From Candidatus Multivoradales bacterium (lineage in GTDB: Bacteria; Acidobacteriota; Thermoanaerobaculia; Multivoradales; J023), in assembly GCA_965248925.1 (NCBI GenBank), contig CBDFLE010000005.1, positions 1,600,001-1,664,000 on the forward strand: 64,000 bases of DNA, given 5' to 3'. Positions 27,770 to 38,400 of this stretch are shown here, piece by piece. Each line of letters begins with the position of its first letter. Position 1 is the stretch's first letter. Under the pieces are notes generated by a model that did not search any database, was not told the origin of the DNA, and saw nothing but the letters and a program-made list of their open reading frames with translations. The position numbers were made by a program, and so were the translations under genes.

Positions 27770-30700
27770 TCAGATCCCACTGACGGTTTCGACCCGGCTG
27801 CGGCCTCCGCCTAGTTTGGTAACCTGCACTTGGGCACCGATCCTCTGCCCCAGGCCCTGGACGTGAGAAATAATTCCCACCTGGCGACCCGACGCTTGCA
27901 AGGCGTCAAGAGCGGACAGGGCAATTTCCAAAGTCTGCGAGTCCAAGGTGCCGAATCCCTCGTCGATAAATAGGGACTTCACCGGCGTCTTGCTGGCGGA
28001 GAGGGACGACAGACCGAGAGCCAACGCCAAAGAGGCCAAAAAAGTCTCACCACCCGAAAGACTCTTGATCGAGCGCACTTCGTCACCCATGTCTCGATCG
28101 ATCACTTGCAGCTCGAGATCTTCACCTGGCACCCGGTCCAAGCGGTAGCGCGGCGCCAGTTCGCCGAGATGGACGTTGGCGTGGCCCAGCAGAGCGTCGA
28201 GAGTCAGCCCCTGGGCGAAGTTGCGGAACTTCTGCCCATCGTTGGAGCCAATGATCTCGTTGAGAGTCTGCCAGCGACGCGATCGTGCCTCTTGGATGGC
28301 GATCTTGGCGGCGAGCGCTTCTCCGCTGGCCCGCGCTTGATCGTCCTGCCTGACCTGAACTCGCAATTCCTGTGCCTCCAACTCGGCTTGCAGGTGCTCC
28401 GCCGTGATGCTCTTTCGCTCGGCGATAGCCGCGGCCGCGGGAATCTCGGGACGGTCTGTGCTCTGGTGCTCACGGCGGCGCTCGCGGCGCTCGATGAGTA
28501 CCGATTCGGCGGTCTGCACTGCCCGATGGATCTTCTCCAGGGCTGCTGCTTCGCTGTCGCACCAGTCGAGGTCCCGCTGCAAGCGTTGCTTCAGCAGTTC
28601 GAGATCGAGGCTTTGTTCAGCGAGCTGGGCGGCCAGCTCCTGCCGCACTTCCTGCAACAAGTCGGCTTCTTTGCGCAGCTGCGTTCGAGAACCTTCCTGG
28701 CGGGCTTCAGCGGCCTTCAGATCTGCCTGGGCGGTGCGTTCGATCCGCAAGGCGGAGTCCAACTCTTGATCCGCCTTGGTGCTGGCCGCGGCGAGGGCCA
28801 ACTTGACCTCAGCGACCGGTCGACCTTCTAGCATCTCGGCCCGTTCCTGTCGTGCTTGCGCCACGGAGGCCAGCAACTTGCCCTCATCCTCTTGCTGCTC
28901 GGTGGCGGCGGAGGCGGCGGCGGAGGCCTCAGCGGCCGCTTTGGCGGCACACGGTTGGTGTTCGGCAAGACCCGCAGTGGCCTGCTCGGCAACAGCACTT
29001 TGGCTACGGAAATCAGCCAGTTCACGCTCACAGGCAGTGCGGAAGGCGTCGCTATCCGCCTCCAGCTGCCGCCGCCAATTCGGGCGCTCTCGCAACGAGG
29101 TCGCGAGGGAGTCGAGGGCCGACGATGAACGCTGCCGCGCTTCGCACAACTGGCGCTCGCCGGCGATCAGCTCTTCGCCGTCCTGCTGTTGCTGCTCCTT
29201 GGCCTGCCGCGAGCGAAGGCCGGTAGCGACTAGTTCCTGGCGTGCCGCATCCCGCGCGGCGCGACTCTCTCCCGCCTGCTGTTCACGGGCTCTGAACTCC
29301 TGCTGCTGGCGATCCAGCTCTTCCAGCGCCGTCTCGGCTACCGCCTTCGCCCGCTCCACCGACTGGCTCGCACCGGCTTCCAGAGGGTCCGTTGGCAACT
29401 CAGTCTTGGGCCCTTCGAGCCCACCCAGAGTGTCGCGAGTACGGGTCCAGGCCCGCTGCCGCGCCGCCAGCCGCTCTGCCGTGGCGACGGCTTGTTGGGC
29501 ATACCGCAAAGAGGCGCCAGCAGAGGCGTTGGCCTGCTCCCTCGCCGTCGCTAATTGGTCCGTCAGTTCCGTCTCGCGCTGCCGCAGCTGCCGCAGGCGT
29601 TGGCCTTGGGCAGTGCTTTGGTCAGCGGGGGCTCCGTCGTGGCGGTAGGGATGGGAGGTCGAACCGCAGAGGGGGCAAGGCTCACCCTGCTGCAAATCGG
29701 GTCGACGCTCGGCGAGTTCGCGGGCCGCTTGAGAGGCGCGGTGGGTCCGCTCCGCCTCGTCTAAACGGATGGCCAGATCACGCTGGGCAACCTTGGTGCT
29801 ATCCGCCTTCTCGAGGGCCGCTTGTTGGCTGCTAGTGGCGGTTGCTGCTTCGCTTTCGGCACCCTCCTGCTCAGTCCGCAAGCGCAGCGCCGTGGAGAGA
29901 ATTTCCACCGCACCCTTGACTCCATCCAATTGGCGTTGCTGCACTTGCCGACGGGCCTCGAACTTCTCCCGCCGAGCCGCGGGGACCGCCTGTTCAGCGC
30001 TCCCGACTGCCCGTTGGCAGTGATCCAGCCTAGACTCGGCAGCGGTCACCTGGTCGGCAGCGCGTTGGCTGGCTGCCGCGGCACTGGTGGCCGCTTGCTG
30101 CAGCCCAGGCAAACCTTGCTCCGCCGCCAGGGCCGCGGCCGAAGCCTGTTCGTGATCGCGCAGCGCAGCTTGCACATGCTCCCAAACACCGTGCAACGTG
30201 GAGGCGTGAGGATTGTCCGTCAGCCAAGTCTCGGCCAGATCGAGCTGTCTTCGCTGCTCCGCCACCAATCTGTCTTCGGTAGCGGACTTCTCCACCGCCT
30301 GGCGGGCATGCAGAGCCGTCTCCTTGGCAAGCTGGGATGCTCTCCCGGCCTCGCCCTCGAGCCGCGCCAAGCGATGATCGAGCAGGGTTGCCTGCTCTAG
30401 CTCAGGTGCCTTAGTGGTGAGCAGCTTCTGAGCCTGAACCTGGGCCGTGCGGGCTGCTGCGAGCTGGGTCACCGCCTGGGTCATGCCATCCCTAGCATCC
30501 TGCGAAGCATCGCCCTCTGTCGCCACCCGTCGCCGGGCTTCGTCGCGACGGCCGATCGCCACCTCTTGCATCTCCACCAGAGCACGTAGGGGTTGGACTG
30601 AACGCACCAAGTCGAGAGTCGCGGCACGCTCAGCAGCCTGCTTCCAGCGCTGCTTGGTAGCCTGCAAGTCCTGATTGCCAGCACCCTCACGCGCCTCTAG

Positions 30701-31516
30701 ATCGGCGAGCTTCCGGTACCACCGGGTGGTGGATTTGGCAACATCTAGAGCCTGCTTGGCAGCATCCAGGCGGGCCTCTGCCTGCAACTGGTGTTGCTCA
30801 AGTTCTTGCCGATCGTCCACGCTCAGCAGCCCAAGACTCTCGCGTTGGCGCTGCATGTCCTCTCCCTCTTCCCGTTCGCTCTTGGCACGGGCGAAGGAGG
30901 CCTGCGACAAGCGAGCGTAGATCTCGGTACCAGTGACCTTCTCCAGGAGTTCGGCCCGCTGCTTGGCTCCAGCGTGCAAGAAAGCGGCGAAATCACCCTG
31001 GGCCAGCAACGCCGAGCGCCGAAATTGGTCGAAGGTCAGACCGACCTGGTGGCGGATGGCGGCCAACACCTCGGTCTTTTTGCCGCCGGTACGGTCGCCA
31101 GTGTCCAGATTTTCGAGCAACAGCTCTTGATGCTGTAGCCGCCCCTCGGCCCGGTTCCGCGCCCGCCGCACCTGCCACCGAGCCCGCCACTGGTGACCGT
31201 CACGACTAGTGAAATCGACCTCGGCAAAGCCGCTGGCCCGACCCCTGCTGAGCAGTCCACGAACATCTCCTGCACTCACCCGATCGCCATCATCCTGATC
31301 GGCGCGGCCGACCTTCGCACCACCCCTGCTATCCAAGCGCGGTGTGCGGTCGAACAGAGCCAGGCAGAGGGCGTCGAGGAGGGTGCTCTTGCCCGCTCCA
31401 GTATGCCCGACAATGGCAAATAGGCCCGATGAGGCGAGTGGTTCCGCCGCCAGTTCGACCTCAAAGTCGCCGTACAGGCTCGCCAGGTTGCCACCACGAA
31501 TGGCGAGGATCTTCAC
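27770..31516 (-). CDS. sbcC: SbcC SMC-like ATPase
   Basis: GHTGAGKST, CPLCGS zinc hook, coiled coil, LSGGE, FIDEGFG; GTG start overlapping sbcD stop. Confidence 0.95.
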   Translation of the reverse strand: MKILAIRGGNLASLYGDFEVELAAEPLASSGLFAIVGHTGAGKSTLLDALCLALFDRTPRLDSRGGAKVGRADQDDGDRVSAGDVRGLLSRGRASGFAEVDFTSRDGHQWRARWQVRRARNRAEGRLQHQELLLENLDTGDRTGGKKTEVLAAIRHQVGLTFDQFRRSALLAQGDFAAFLHAGAKQRAELLEKVTGTEIYARLSQASFARAKSEREEGEDMQRQRESLGLLSVDDRQELEQHQLQAEARLDAAKQALDVAKSTTRWYRKLADLEAREGAGNQDLQATKQRWKQAAERAATLDLVRSVQPLRALVEMQEVAIGRRDEARRRVATEGDASQDARDGMTQAVTQLAAARTAQVQAQKLLTTKAPELEQATLLDHRLARLEGEAGRASQLAKETALHARQAVEKSATEDRLVAEQRRQLDLAETWLTDNPHASTLHGVWEHVQAALRDHEQASAAALAAEQGLPGLQQAATSAAAASQRAADQVTAAESRLDHCQRAVGSAEQAVPAARREKFEARRQVQQRQLDGVKGAVEILSTALRLRTEQEGAESEAATATSSQQAALEKADSTKVAQRDLAIRLDEAERTHRASQAARELAERRPDLQQGEPCPLCGSTSHPYRHDGAPADQSTAQGQRLRQLRQRETELTDQLATAREQANASAGASLRYAQQAVATAERLAARQRAWTRTRDTLGGLEGPKTELPTDPLEAGASQSVERAKAVAETALEELDRQQQEFRAREQQAGESRAARDAARQELVATGLRSRQAKEQQQQDGEELIAGERQLCEARQRSSSALDSLATSLRERPNWRRQLEADSDAFRTACERELADFRSQSAVAEQATAGLAEHQPCAAKAAAEASAAASAATEQQEDEGKLLASVAQARQERAEMLEGRPVAEVKLALAAASTKADQELDSALRIERTAQADLKAAEARQEGSRTQLRKEADLLQEVRQELAAQLAEQSLDLELLKQRLQRDLDWCDSEAAALEKIHRAVQTAESVLIERRERRREHQSTDRPEIPAAAAIAERKSITAEHLQAELEAQELRVQVRQDDQARASGEALAAKIAIQEARSRRWQTLNEIIGSNDGQKFRNFAQGLTLDALLGHANVHLGELAPRYRLDRVPGEDLELQVIDRDMGDEVRSIKSLSGGETFLASLALALGLSSLSASKTPVKSLFIDEGFGTLDSQTLEIALSALDALQASGRQVGIISHVQGLGQRIGAQVQVTKLGGGRSRVETVSGI

Positions 31517-32748
31517 TCGCTCTCCTGGTGGGCTTGCTCGACCAGCTGGTGGAAGGCCGCCAGGATTTCGGCTTCGATCTCCTGCTGGTGTTTGGCTTGC
31601 CAACAACGGCGGAATACGTCTTCGACCTGCAACTCCTCAAGGCTCCGAGCACGGACTGCGTCGCCCAACGCAGCGCCGCTTCCCGAGTAGTTGGTTTGCA
31701 GGCGCACCAACCGCACCCGCCGCCCTTTGAGAGCATCTTCGATATCGCCTCGCAACGAGGGCTCGGGAGCGGGCAAACTGACCTGAACCTCAAGAAAGGG
31801 CCACCTCTCGCGCGCCTCGTCTGTCGCTTTCGGCAGCGCCCGAAGCAGAGGCAGCACCTCCCCCAAGGGCAGTGCTTCACCCTCCGGCAAGCGCAGCATC
31901 TCCACCGTTCTGGGGATCTCCAGCGGCTCAATCGAAGTCGCTTCGGCGCCCTCCAGTTGCACCAAGACCACTTGGTGCCGGTATCGCCGCTCACTCAAAG
32001 ACAAAGGGATCGGCGAACCGCTGTAGCGCACCCGATCGGTGCCAACCTGCTGCGGCAGATGCAAGTGACCGAGTGCAACATAGGCAAGATCAGCGGCGAA
32101 GATATCGGCCGGCAAAGCATGTTGGTTACCGCCGAGAATACGCCGCTCGGACAGTTCGCTGATCTTGGCGTGGGTCATGTAGCAATGCCCCATGGCCAGC
32201 AACGCCTGGCCCTCGCCGCAGCGCTGCCGGGCCGCCGCGACCACCTCGGCGTAGACCTGCCGCACTCCTTCGATCAGTGGATCTTCAGCATCGGCAAGTC
32301 GCGGCAAATCAGCGATCCGCAAATAAGGCACCGCCGCCACCCAGGCCCGCACCTCACCTTCGCGGTCATGCAAGGGTGCCAGCAGCCGATCCAGGTCCAA
32401 ATCACCAGCCAGCCGGGGCAGACCGCCGACCATGAAAACCGCCTGTGCCTCCAGCAGGGGTCGCGGCGCGTCAAGACGCGCCGCCGAGTCGTGATTGCCG
32501 CCGATGACGACGATATCCAAAGCGGGAAAGCGCCGCCGAGCATCAGCCAAAAAGCCGTACCAGATCTGCTGTGCCACGGCGGAGGGATTGGCGGTGTCGA
32601 AGATGTCGCCAGCGATCAGCAACCCGTCGATCCGCTGCGCTTCCACGGTATCGAGCAACCAGGCGAGAAAACGCCGATGCTCGAAATCGCGAGAAAGCTC
32701 GTGCAGCGAGTGGCCCAAGTGCCAATCGGCGGTGTGAAGGATACGCAT
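31513..32748 (-). CDS. sbcD: SbcD nuclease subunit
   Basis: HTADWHLG, AGDIFD, GNHDS, LGHLH, YSGSP. Confidence 0.95.
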   Translation of the reverse strand: MRILHTADWHLGHSLHELSRDFEHRRFLAWLLDTVEAQRIDGLLIAGDIFDTANPSAVAQQIWYGFLADARRRFPALDIVVIGGNHDSAARLDAPRPLLEAQAVFMVGGLPRLAGDLDLDRLLAPLHDREGEVRAWVAAVPYLRIADLPRLADAEDPLIEGVRQVYAEVVAAARQRCGEGQALLAMGHCYMTHAKISELSERRILGGNQHALPADIFAADLAYVALGHLHLPQQVGTDRVRYSGSPIPLSLSERRYRHQVVLVQLEGAEATSIEPLEIPRTVEMLRLPEGEALPLGEVLPLLRALPKATDEARERWPFLEVQVSLPAPEPSLRGDIEDALKGRRVRLVRLQTNYSGSGAALGDAVRARSLEELQVEDVFRRCWQAKHQQEIEAEILAAFHQLVEQAHQESE

Positions 32749-32836
32749 GGACAGTGACCTTAGAGCCCCAGCCTACCGCGAAAGCCTCACTCCACACAGG
32801 CTCCGACGTTCCCCCCTTCGAGGATGAAGTTCACTC

Positions 32837-32868
32837 TTGACTCTGTATCCTGGTACGGGGTTTATACT
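32837..32868 (+). promoter_or_regulatory. MerR-family metal-responsive promoter/operator
   Basis: TTGACT-N20-TATACT with dyad ACTCTGTA/TACGGGGT, like MerR/CueR/ZntR operators. Confidence 0.75.
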
Positions 32869-32902
32869 CCCCCTCCTAGGACCTACGCGAGGAGTATCGA
32901 CA

Positions 32903-35365
32903 TTGCAGCAGGAACATGGCTGTTACCACCCACAGAGTGCGGAAACCGATAGCGAGATCATCACCGATCCAGTCTGCGGCATGCGCGTCGACCCGGAATC
33001 CAGCCAGCATCGACTGACTCACGACGGCACTGAGTTGCACTTCTGCTGCGCTGGCTGCCGAGAGAAATTCCGCGCCAATCCGCGTCGCTACCGGGACGCC
33101 CCTCCCACGGCACCTGCCGAACCCGACGCGGGGTCCAAAGACGCCTACTACATCTGCCCGATGGATCCCGAAGTCCGCCAACTCGGTCCTGGATCCTGTC
33201 CCAAGTGCGGCATGGCCCTGGATGCCGAAACACCACGGCTCGCCACCAAGACCGAATACACCTGCCCGATGCACCCGGAAATCGTCCGCGAAGAGCCTGG
33301 CAGCTGTCCGATCTGCGGCATGGCCCTCGAAGCACGCACTATAAGCGCCGAAGAGGAGGCCAATCCCGAGTTCGACGAGATGCGCCGCCGGTTGCTCTTC
33401 GCCACCCTGCTGACGGTGCCGATCTTCCTCCTCGCCATGGGCGATCTGCTGCCTGGCGAGCCGATTTCTCGATTGCTGGCACCGCGCCTGCGGGTACTGG
33501 TCGAGCTGGCGCTGGCCACCCCGGTCTGCCTGTGGGCAGCCTGGCCCTTCTTTGTCCGTGCGATCCAGTCGATCCGCAATCGCAGTCTCAACATGTTCAC
33601 CCTCATCGGTCTCGGAGTCAGCGTCGCTTACGGCTACAGCCTGGTGGCGGCGCTGGTGCCGCAAGTCTTCCCTGCTTCGTTCCGTGGCGCGGGAGGGGCG
33701 GTGGCGGTCTACTTCGAGGCCGCGGCGGTGATCGTCACCCTGATCCTGCTGGGCCAGGTGTTGGAGCTGCGCGCCCGCAGCCAGACCGGCGCGGCGATCA
33801 AGGCCCTGCTCGGCCTGACCGCCAAGACGGCGCGGCGACTAATCCCTGACGGCGGCGAAGAGGACGTGCCGCTCGACCTCGTGGCGGTGGGTGATCGCTT
33901 ACGGGTACGGCCGGGAGAGAAAGTACCGGTCGACGGCAAGGTGCTCGAAGGCTCCAGCGCGATTGACGAATCGATGGTCACCGGCGAGCCCATGCCGGTG
34001 AGCAAAATAGCCGGCGACTCGCTGATCGGCGCGACGGTCAACGGCACCGGCTCGCTGCTGATGCAAGCAGAGCGGGTCGGCGCCGAGACCCTACTGTCGC
34101 GCATCGTCACCATGGTGGCCGAGGCCCAACGCAGCCGAGCGCCGATCCAGAAGTTGGCCGATCGGGTGTCGGGTTATTTCGTGCCGATCGTCATCACGAT
34201 AGCGATCCTCACCTTCATCGTCTGGAGCCTGATCGGTCCTGAGCCGCGCATGGCCTACGCCCTGGTCAGCGCGGTGGCGGTGCTGATCATCGCTTGCCCC
34301 TGCGCCCTCGGCCTGGCAACCCCAATGTCGATCATGGTCGCCACCGCCAAGGGAGCCGAAGCCGGGGTGCTGTTCAAGAATGCTGAAGCCATCGAACGAC
34401 TGCGACAGGTAGATACCTTGGTGGTCGACAAAACCGGCACCCTCACCGAAGGACGGCCCAAACTGGTGACCATCGTGGCCTCTGCGGGATTCACCGAGTC
34501 CGAGCTGCTGCGCCTCGCCGCCTCTCTCGAGCGGGCCAGCGAGCATCCCCTGGCCGAGGCCATCGTCGCTGGCGCCGAGAACCGGCAAGGGGAACTCGGC
34601 ACGGCGACGGACTTCGAGTCGATCACCGGCAAGGGGGTCCGAGGATCCATCGAGGGTACCGAGGTAGCGCTCGGCAATCGCCCCTTGATGGCGGATCTCG
34701 CCATTGATCTCGGCGACTTACCAGCGCGGGCCGAAGAGCTGCGCGGCGAAGGCCAGACAGTGATGTTCGTCGCCATCGCCGGAGCCGTCGCCGGCCTGCT
34801 CGGCGTCGCTGATCCGATCAAAGAAAGCACCCCACAAGCGATTCGCCAGCTGCACGCCGAGGGACTACGCATCACCATGTTGACCGGCGACAGTCGCACC
34901 ACCGCCGAAGCGGTAGCCCACCGCCTGGGCATCGACCAGGTGATCGCCGAAGTCCTACCCGAGCAGAAAGCGGCCACCGTGGCCGACCTGCAGAAGCAAG
35001 GACACGTCGTCGCCATGGCCGGAGACGGCATCAACGACGCCCCGGCCCTGGCTGGCGCCGACGTCGGCATCGCCATGGGCACCGGCACAGATGTGGCGAT
35101 GGAAAGCGCTGGGGTGACCTTGGTCAGAGGAGACCTGCGCGGCCTAGTCCAGGCGCGAAGGCTAAGCCGGGCCACCATGGCCAACATCCGCCAGAATCTG
35201 TTCTTCGCCTTCGCCTACAACGCCCTCGGCGTGCCGATTGCCGCGGGCGTGCTCTATCCCCTCATCGGCCTGCTGCTCAGCCCGATGATCGCCGCCGCGG
35301 CAATGAGTTTCAGCTCGGTGTCGGTGATCGCTAACGCGCAGCGACTACGGCGGGCAAAGCTCTGA
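32903..35365 (+). CDS. copA: Cu(I)/Ag(I) P1B-type ATPase with YHS and heavy-metal-binding domains
   Basis: DPVCGM YHS, YTCPMHP, TGE, CPC, DKTGT, HP, GDGIND, YN, MSFSS; GAGGAG RBS then TTG 32903. Confidence 0.93.
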   Translation: MQQEHGCYHPQSAETDSEIITDPVCGMRVDPESSQHRLTHDGTELHFCCAGCREKFRANPRRYRDAPPTAPAEPDAGSKDAYYICPMDPEVRQLGPGSCPKCGMALDAETPRLATKTEYTCPMHPEIVREEPGSCPICGMALEARTISAEEEANPEFDEMRRRLLFATLLTVPIFLLAMGDLLPGEPISRLLAPRLRVLVELALATPVCLWAAWPFFVRAIQSIRNRSLNMFTLIGLGVSVAYGYSLVAALVPQVFPASFRGAGGAVAVYFEAAAVIVTLILLGQVLELRARSQTGAAIKALLGLTAKTARRLIPDGGEEDVPLDLVAVGDRLRVRPGEKVPVDGKVLEGSSAIDESMVTGEPMPVSKIAGDSLIGATVNGTGSLLMQAERVGAETLLSRIVTMVAEAQRSRAPIQKLADRVSGYFVPIVITIAILTFIVWSLIGPEPRMAYALVSAVAVLIIACPCALGLATPMSIMVATAKGAEAGVLFKNAEAIERLRQVDTLVVDKTGTLTEGRPKLVTIVASAGFTESELLRLAASLERASEHPLAEAIVAGAENRQGELGTATDFESITGKGVRGSIEGTEVALGNRPLMADLAIDLGDLPARAEELRGEGQTVMFVAIAGAVAGLLGVADPIKESTPQAIRQLHAEGLRITMLTGDSRTTAEAVAHRLGIDQVIAEVLPEQKAATVADLQKQGHVVAMAGDGINDAPALAGADVGIAMGTGTDVAMESAGVTLVRGDLRGLVQARRLSRATMANIRQNLFFAFAYNALGVPIAAGVLYPLIGLLLSPMIAAAAMSFSSVSVIANAQRLRRAKL

Positions 35366-35493
35366 GAAGGAGGACTCGGTCGGTGGGAGTTGCGAAGCAG
35401 CCCTTGGCAACGAACGAATTCCTGTGGATCTGGAAATCGATACTCTCGGCAGGGCTGGTGCCAGCCAGTCTCGGCGCAGTACGACAAGGTTCT

Positions 35494-38400
35494 CTAACCT
35501 CTCTCTTCCACGCCGGCCCCAATAGGCTTGCTGCAATAGGCTAGAGGATGTCCATAGACTGTATAGGCAAGCCAGGCGGGGGAGCCTGGGTACTCGTCTC
35601 TAAGCTCTATCCTGGCCTGACGCACGGATTCTCCAAGAGGCTCGCCGGCAAGAAACCGGCGGTAGAACTCGAAGGCAAACCGTCGTGCCTGACGCGAAGG
35701 AACTGCCCACTGAGTTCCAAGAAAGGCGCCCGCACCACTTTCCAAACACTGCAGCGCCCAGCCACCAGGACCACTGAGGCCCCGTCCGGCGAGTCCGGTA
35801 GAACAAGCGTTCAGAAATACCCAGGGGCGATGCTTCCCAAACCCCGACAATTCCAGCAGATCCTCGGGACGTAGGGTCTGGTAGTCGTCGAGGACAATCT
35901 CCCACAGATCAACATCCGCGGACCGGGCATGAGCATGACCAATAAAGTGCCAGCCATCGAATTGACCACTCGCCAGGGCATCACGCACCTCCCTGTACCG
36001 CGGTGGAATAATTGTTACCCGTTCAGCGCCCAAGAGCTCGACGAGATCCTCCAGCTCTTCCTGAACCTCGAGATTGTCTTCTGCCGCAGAGGCCAACACC
36101 GCCACCCTAGACAGATCGAAAGAGAGCTGCTCATCGAGGCCATGTCGCCATCGGGTTAGGGCGAACTTTTCGGCCAGGAAGTACCCGTTCTCTGGCGTGC
36201 CAGCACCTTGACCGGATAACCGAAGAATCTCCCAGGGAAGAAAGAGTTCATCAGAGACAAGTCGAGCGGTCTGTACTCGCTCACGCAGCGTCCACAGCCA
36301 AATCTGTAAGCCAAGCGGTAGGATTCCAAAGAGGCGTGTTCCCTTGGCACGAAGGCGAGCAGCGGAGATCTCCTGCCACTCAGCCTCCACGGACGAGTAC
36401 TCTTCGATATCTTTGCTCAGGTCGTGCTGTTGGGCCTGAGGATCTCGGCCGAGGGAAATCGGCCCAAATCTGTCGCGCACCAAGCCGAGACTCGGATCCC
36501 GCGCCTGCAACTGAAAAGTCAACTCCGGCCGCTGCTCAGTGCTCGCTTCAATAGTGATCTCGAGATCCGGTACCAGGCCGGGCCACACTGCCCGAGAGGA
36601 GGCATCGAGAAAAGAGTGGGACCGGCGGCGAGCGATGGTCTTGCCGGTAGCACCTACAATGTGGTTCTTGAACACCAACGAACCCGTTTCGAGTGCCCAG
36701 GCTGCGAGAGCATTGTCCGCCCCGGTCCCGGAGATGTCGAGCAATGCACCTGGGTCGATCCAGGCCAAGGCGTCAGCTGCAGCCTGGCCTATCGTGTCTT
36801 CAGTTAGCTCGAGATGCACCTTCTGGGCCGGCATAGACCACGTTTCCCCCACCACCTCCCAGCGAATCGAAGAATCCTGGGTCCAGAACCCCGACCCGTC
36901 CGGCCGCCGGTCGCGCGGTCTGGCATTCCGTCCCGAACTGGCCAAGACAACCAGACTGTCCGCGGCTTCGACATAACAAAGACGGCCCAGACTGGCACAG
37001 GCAGAACACCGGAGCTGGGTATCGAGAGAGGAGTCTAGAGCTACTTCGATGAGCCGCGGAGCTGTTGCATCGCCGGCAAGATAGGCGAGTTCGGTAGCAG
37101 TCTGAGTCAATACTCCCACAGCTGGCTTGGCCAGCGCTCGCAGCACGGCGGTGGCGGCCCGAGCGAGCAGCCACTTGCCGTCTTCGGAGTACCTGAACCG
37201 CTGGACCGTCGTCAGCAGAACCCGAAAAGCCAGGACTCGTTCCTCATCACTTCGCGTTGATTCATCGATCCGCGAGGAAAGCCATCCCACCTCGTTCGGT
37301 TGTCCTCGACCTTCGAGACTCTGGAGGGCCGCCAGCCGTACGCTCTCCTCAGGATCACCTTCAGCTGCCCTGGCCAGGGTAGCAACCACCCCCGATCCGG
37401 TAGCCTCTTGCAGAGCATGCGCAGCGGCGGCACGGGTCGCGGCCGGTAGGTCGGCGAAGAGAATGGTCGAGATCAGGTCCGCACCATCGTGAATCGGCAT
37501 TCCGTGGAGAGCCTCCAGAGCAATCACCACCAGTGGATCCTCGAGGTCTAACAACGCCAGCCGCTGCAACAGAAGGTCTCTCGCTACGGGCGTCGCAACC
37601 AGGCCCAGCATCGTCACCAGGCTTTCTTGCCACTGGTAGCTCTCGTGCCACTCGCCCATGGTGCGCAGGGCGGCGGTAGCCGCTTCACCACCCATCCAGC
37701 CGATGGCTACCAACACACTCTCCGCCTCGTCCGGGTATTGGCGCGCCATTTCCACCAGGTTCGGAACCGAAGCCACGTCGCGAATACTGCTGAGGGCGTG
37801 GATGGCCTTCTTTCTGGTAGTCGCGTCGGAATCTCGAGCGAAGGCCACCAGCCGCAGCTTGGCAAGGCTTCTGGGGTGAAGCCGTTCATACCTACCGAGT
37901 TGTGATAATGCCAAACCGCAGTCGACAGGCTGATCGGAGAGGAGCTGCTCGACCAATAATTCAGAGGCCTCTAATGCCACAACTCGTCCGAGGTTACGAA
38001 CAACCCGCTTGCGAATTGCCTCGTCGTCACCGGCCAGAGCCTTCCGCATCCGATGCACCAGGAGATCGCTATCGAGCGCCGCCAGAGCTTCGACGAAACG
38101 GCCGCTGAAATTCGAGCCCGTCACCCCTTCCCACAGCTTGTCCCGGAGATCTACTCCCAACTCAGTGAGACCGCCATTGGGCAACTGAGCCTCGGCAGCG
38201 AAGTGAGCAATGCGGAGGAAGACCAAGCCATACCGATCGGGTTGCATTGAGATCCGGCGCATCTCTTGCCAAAAAACCGTACGAGCAAGACCCGAGAGGC
38301 CGGCCAAGAACTGCATCACCTCGAGCCAGGCGGCATCATAGCTGTGCCGCCTGACGCTATCGACCACACGATCGGTATCTTCATGGGTCAACGCCCGAGC

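Noticed and set aside
27770-32748. SMC-based defence system (Wadjet, Lamassu)
   Set aside because: Canonical sbcD-sbcC pair with zinc hook and no accessory effector genes
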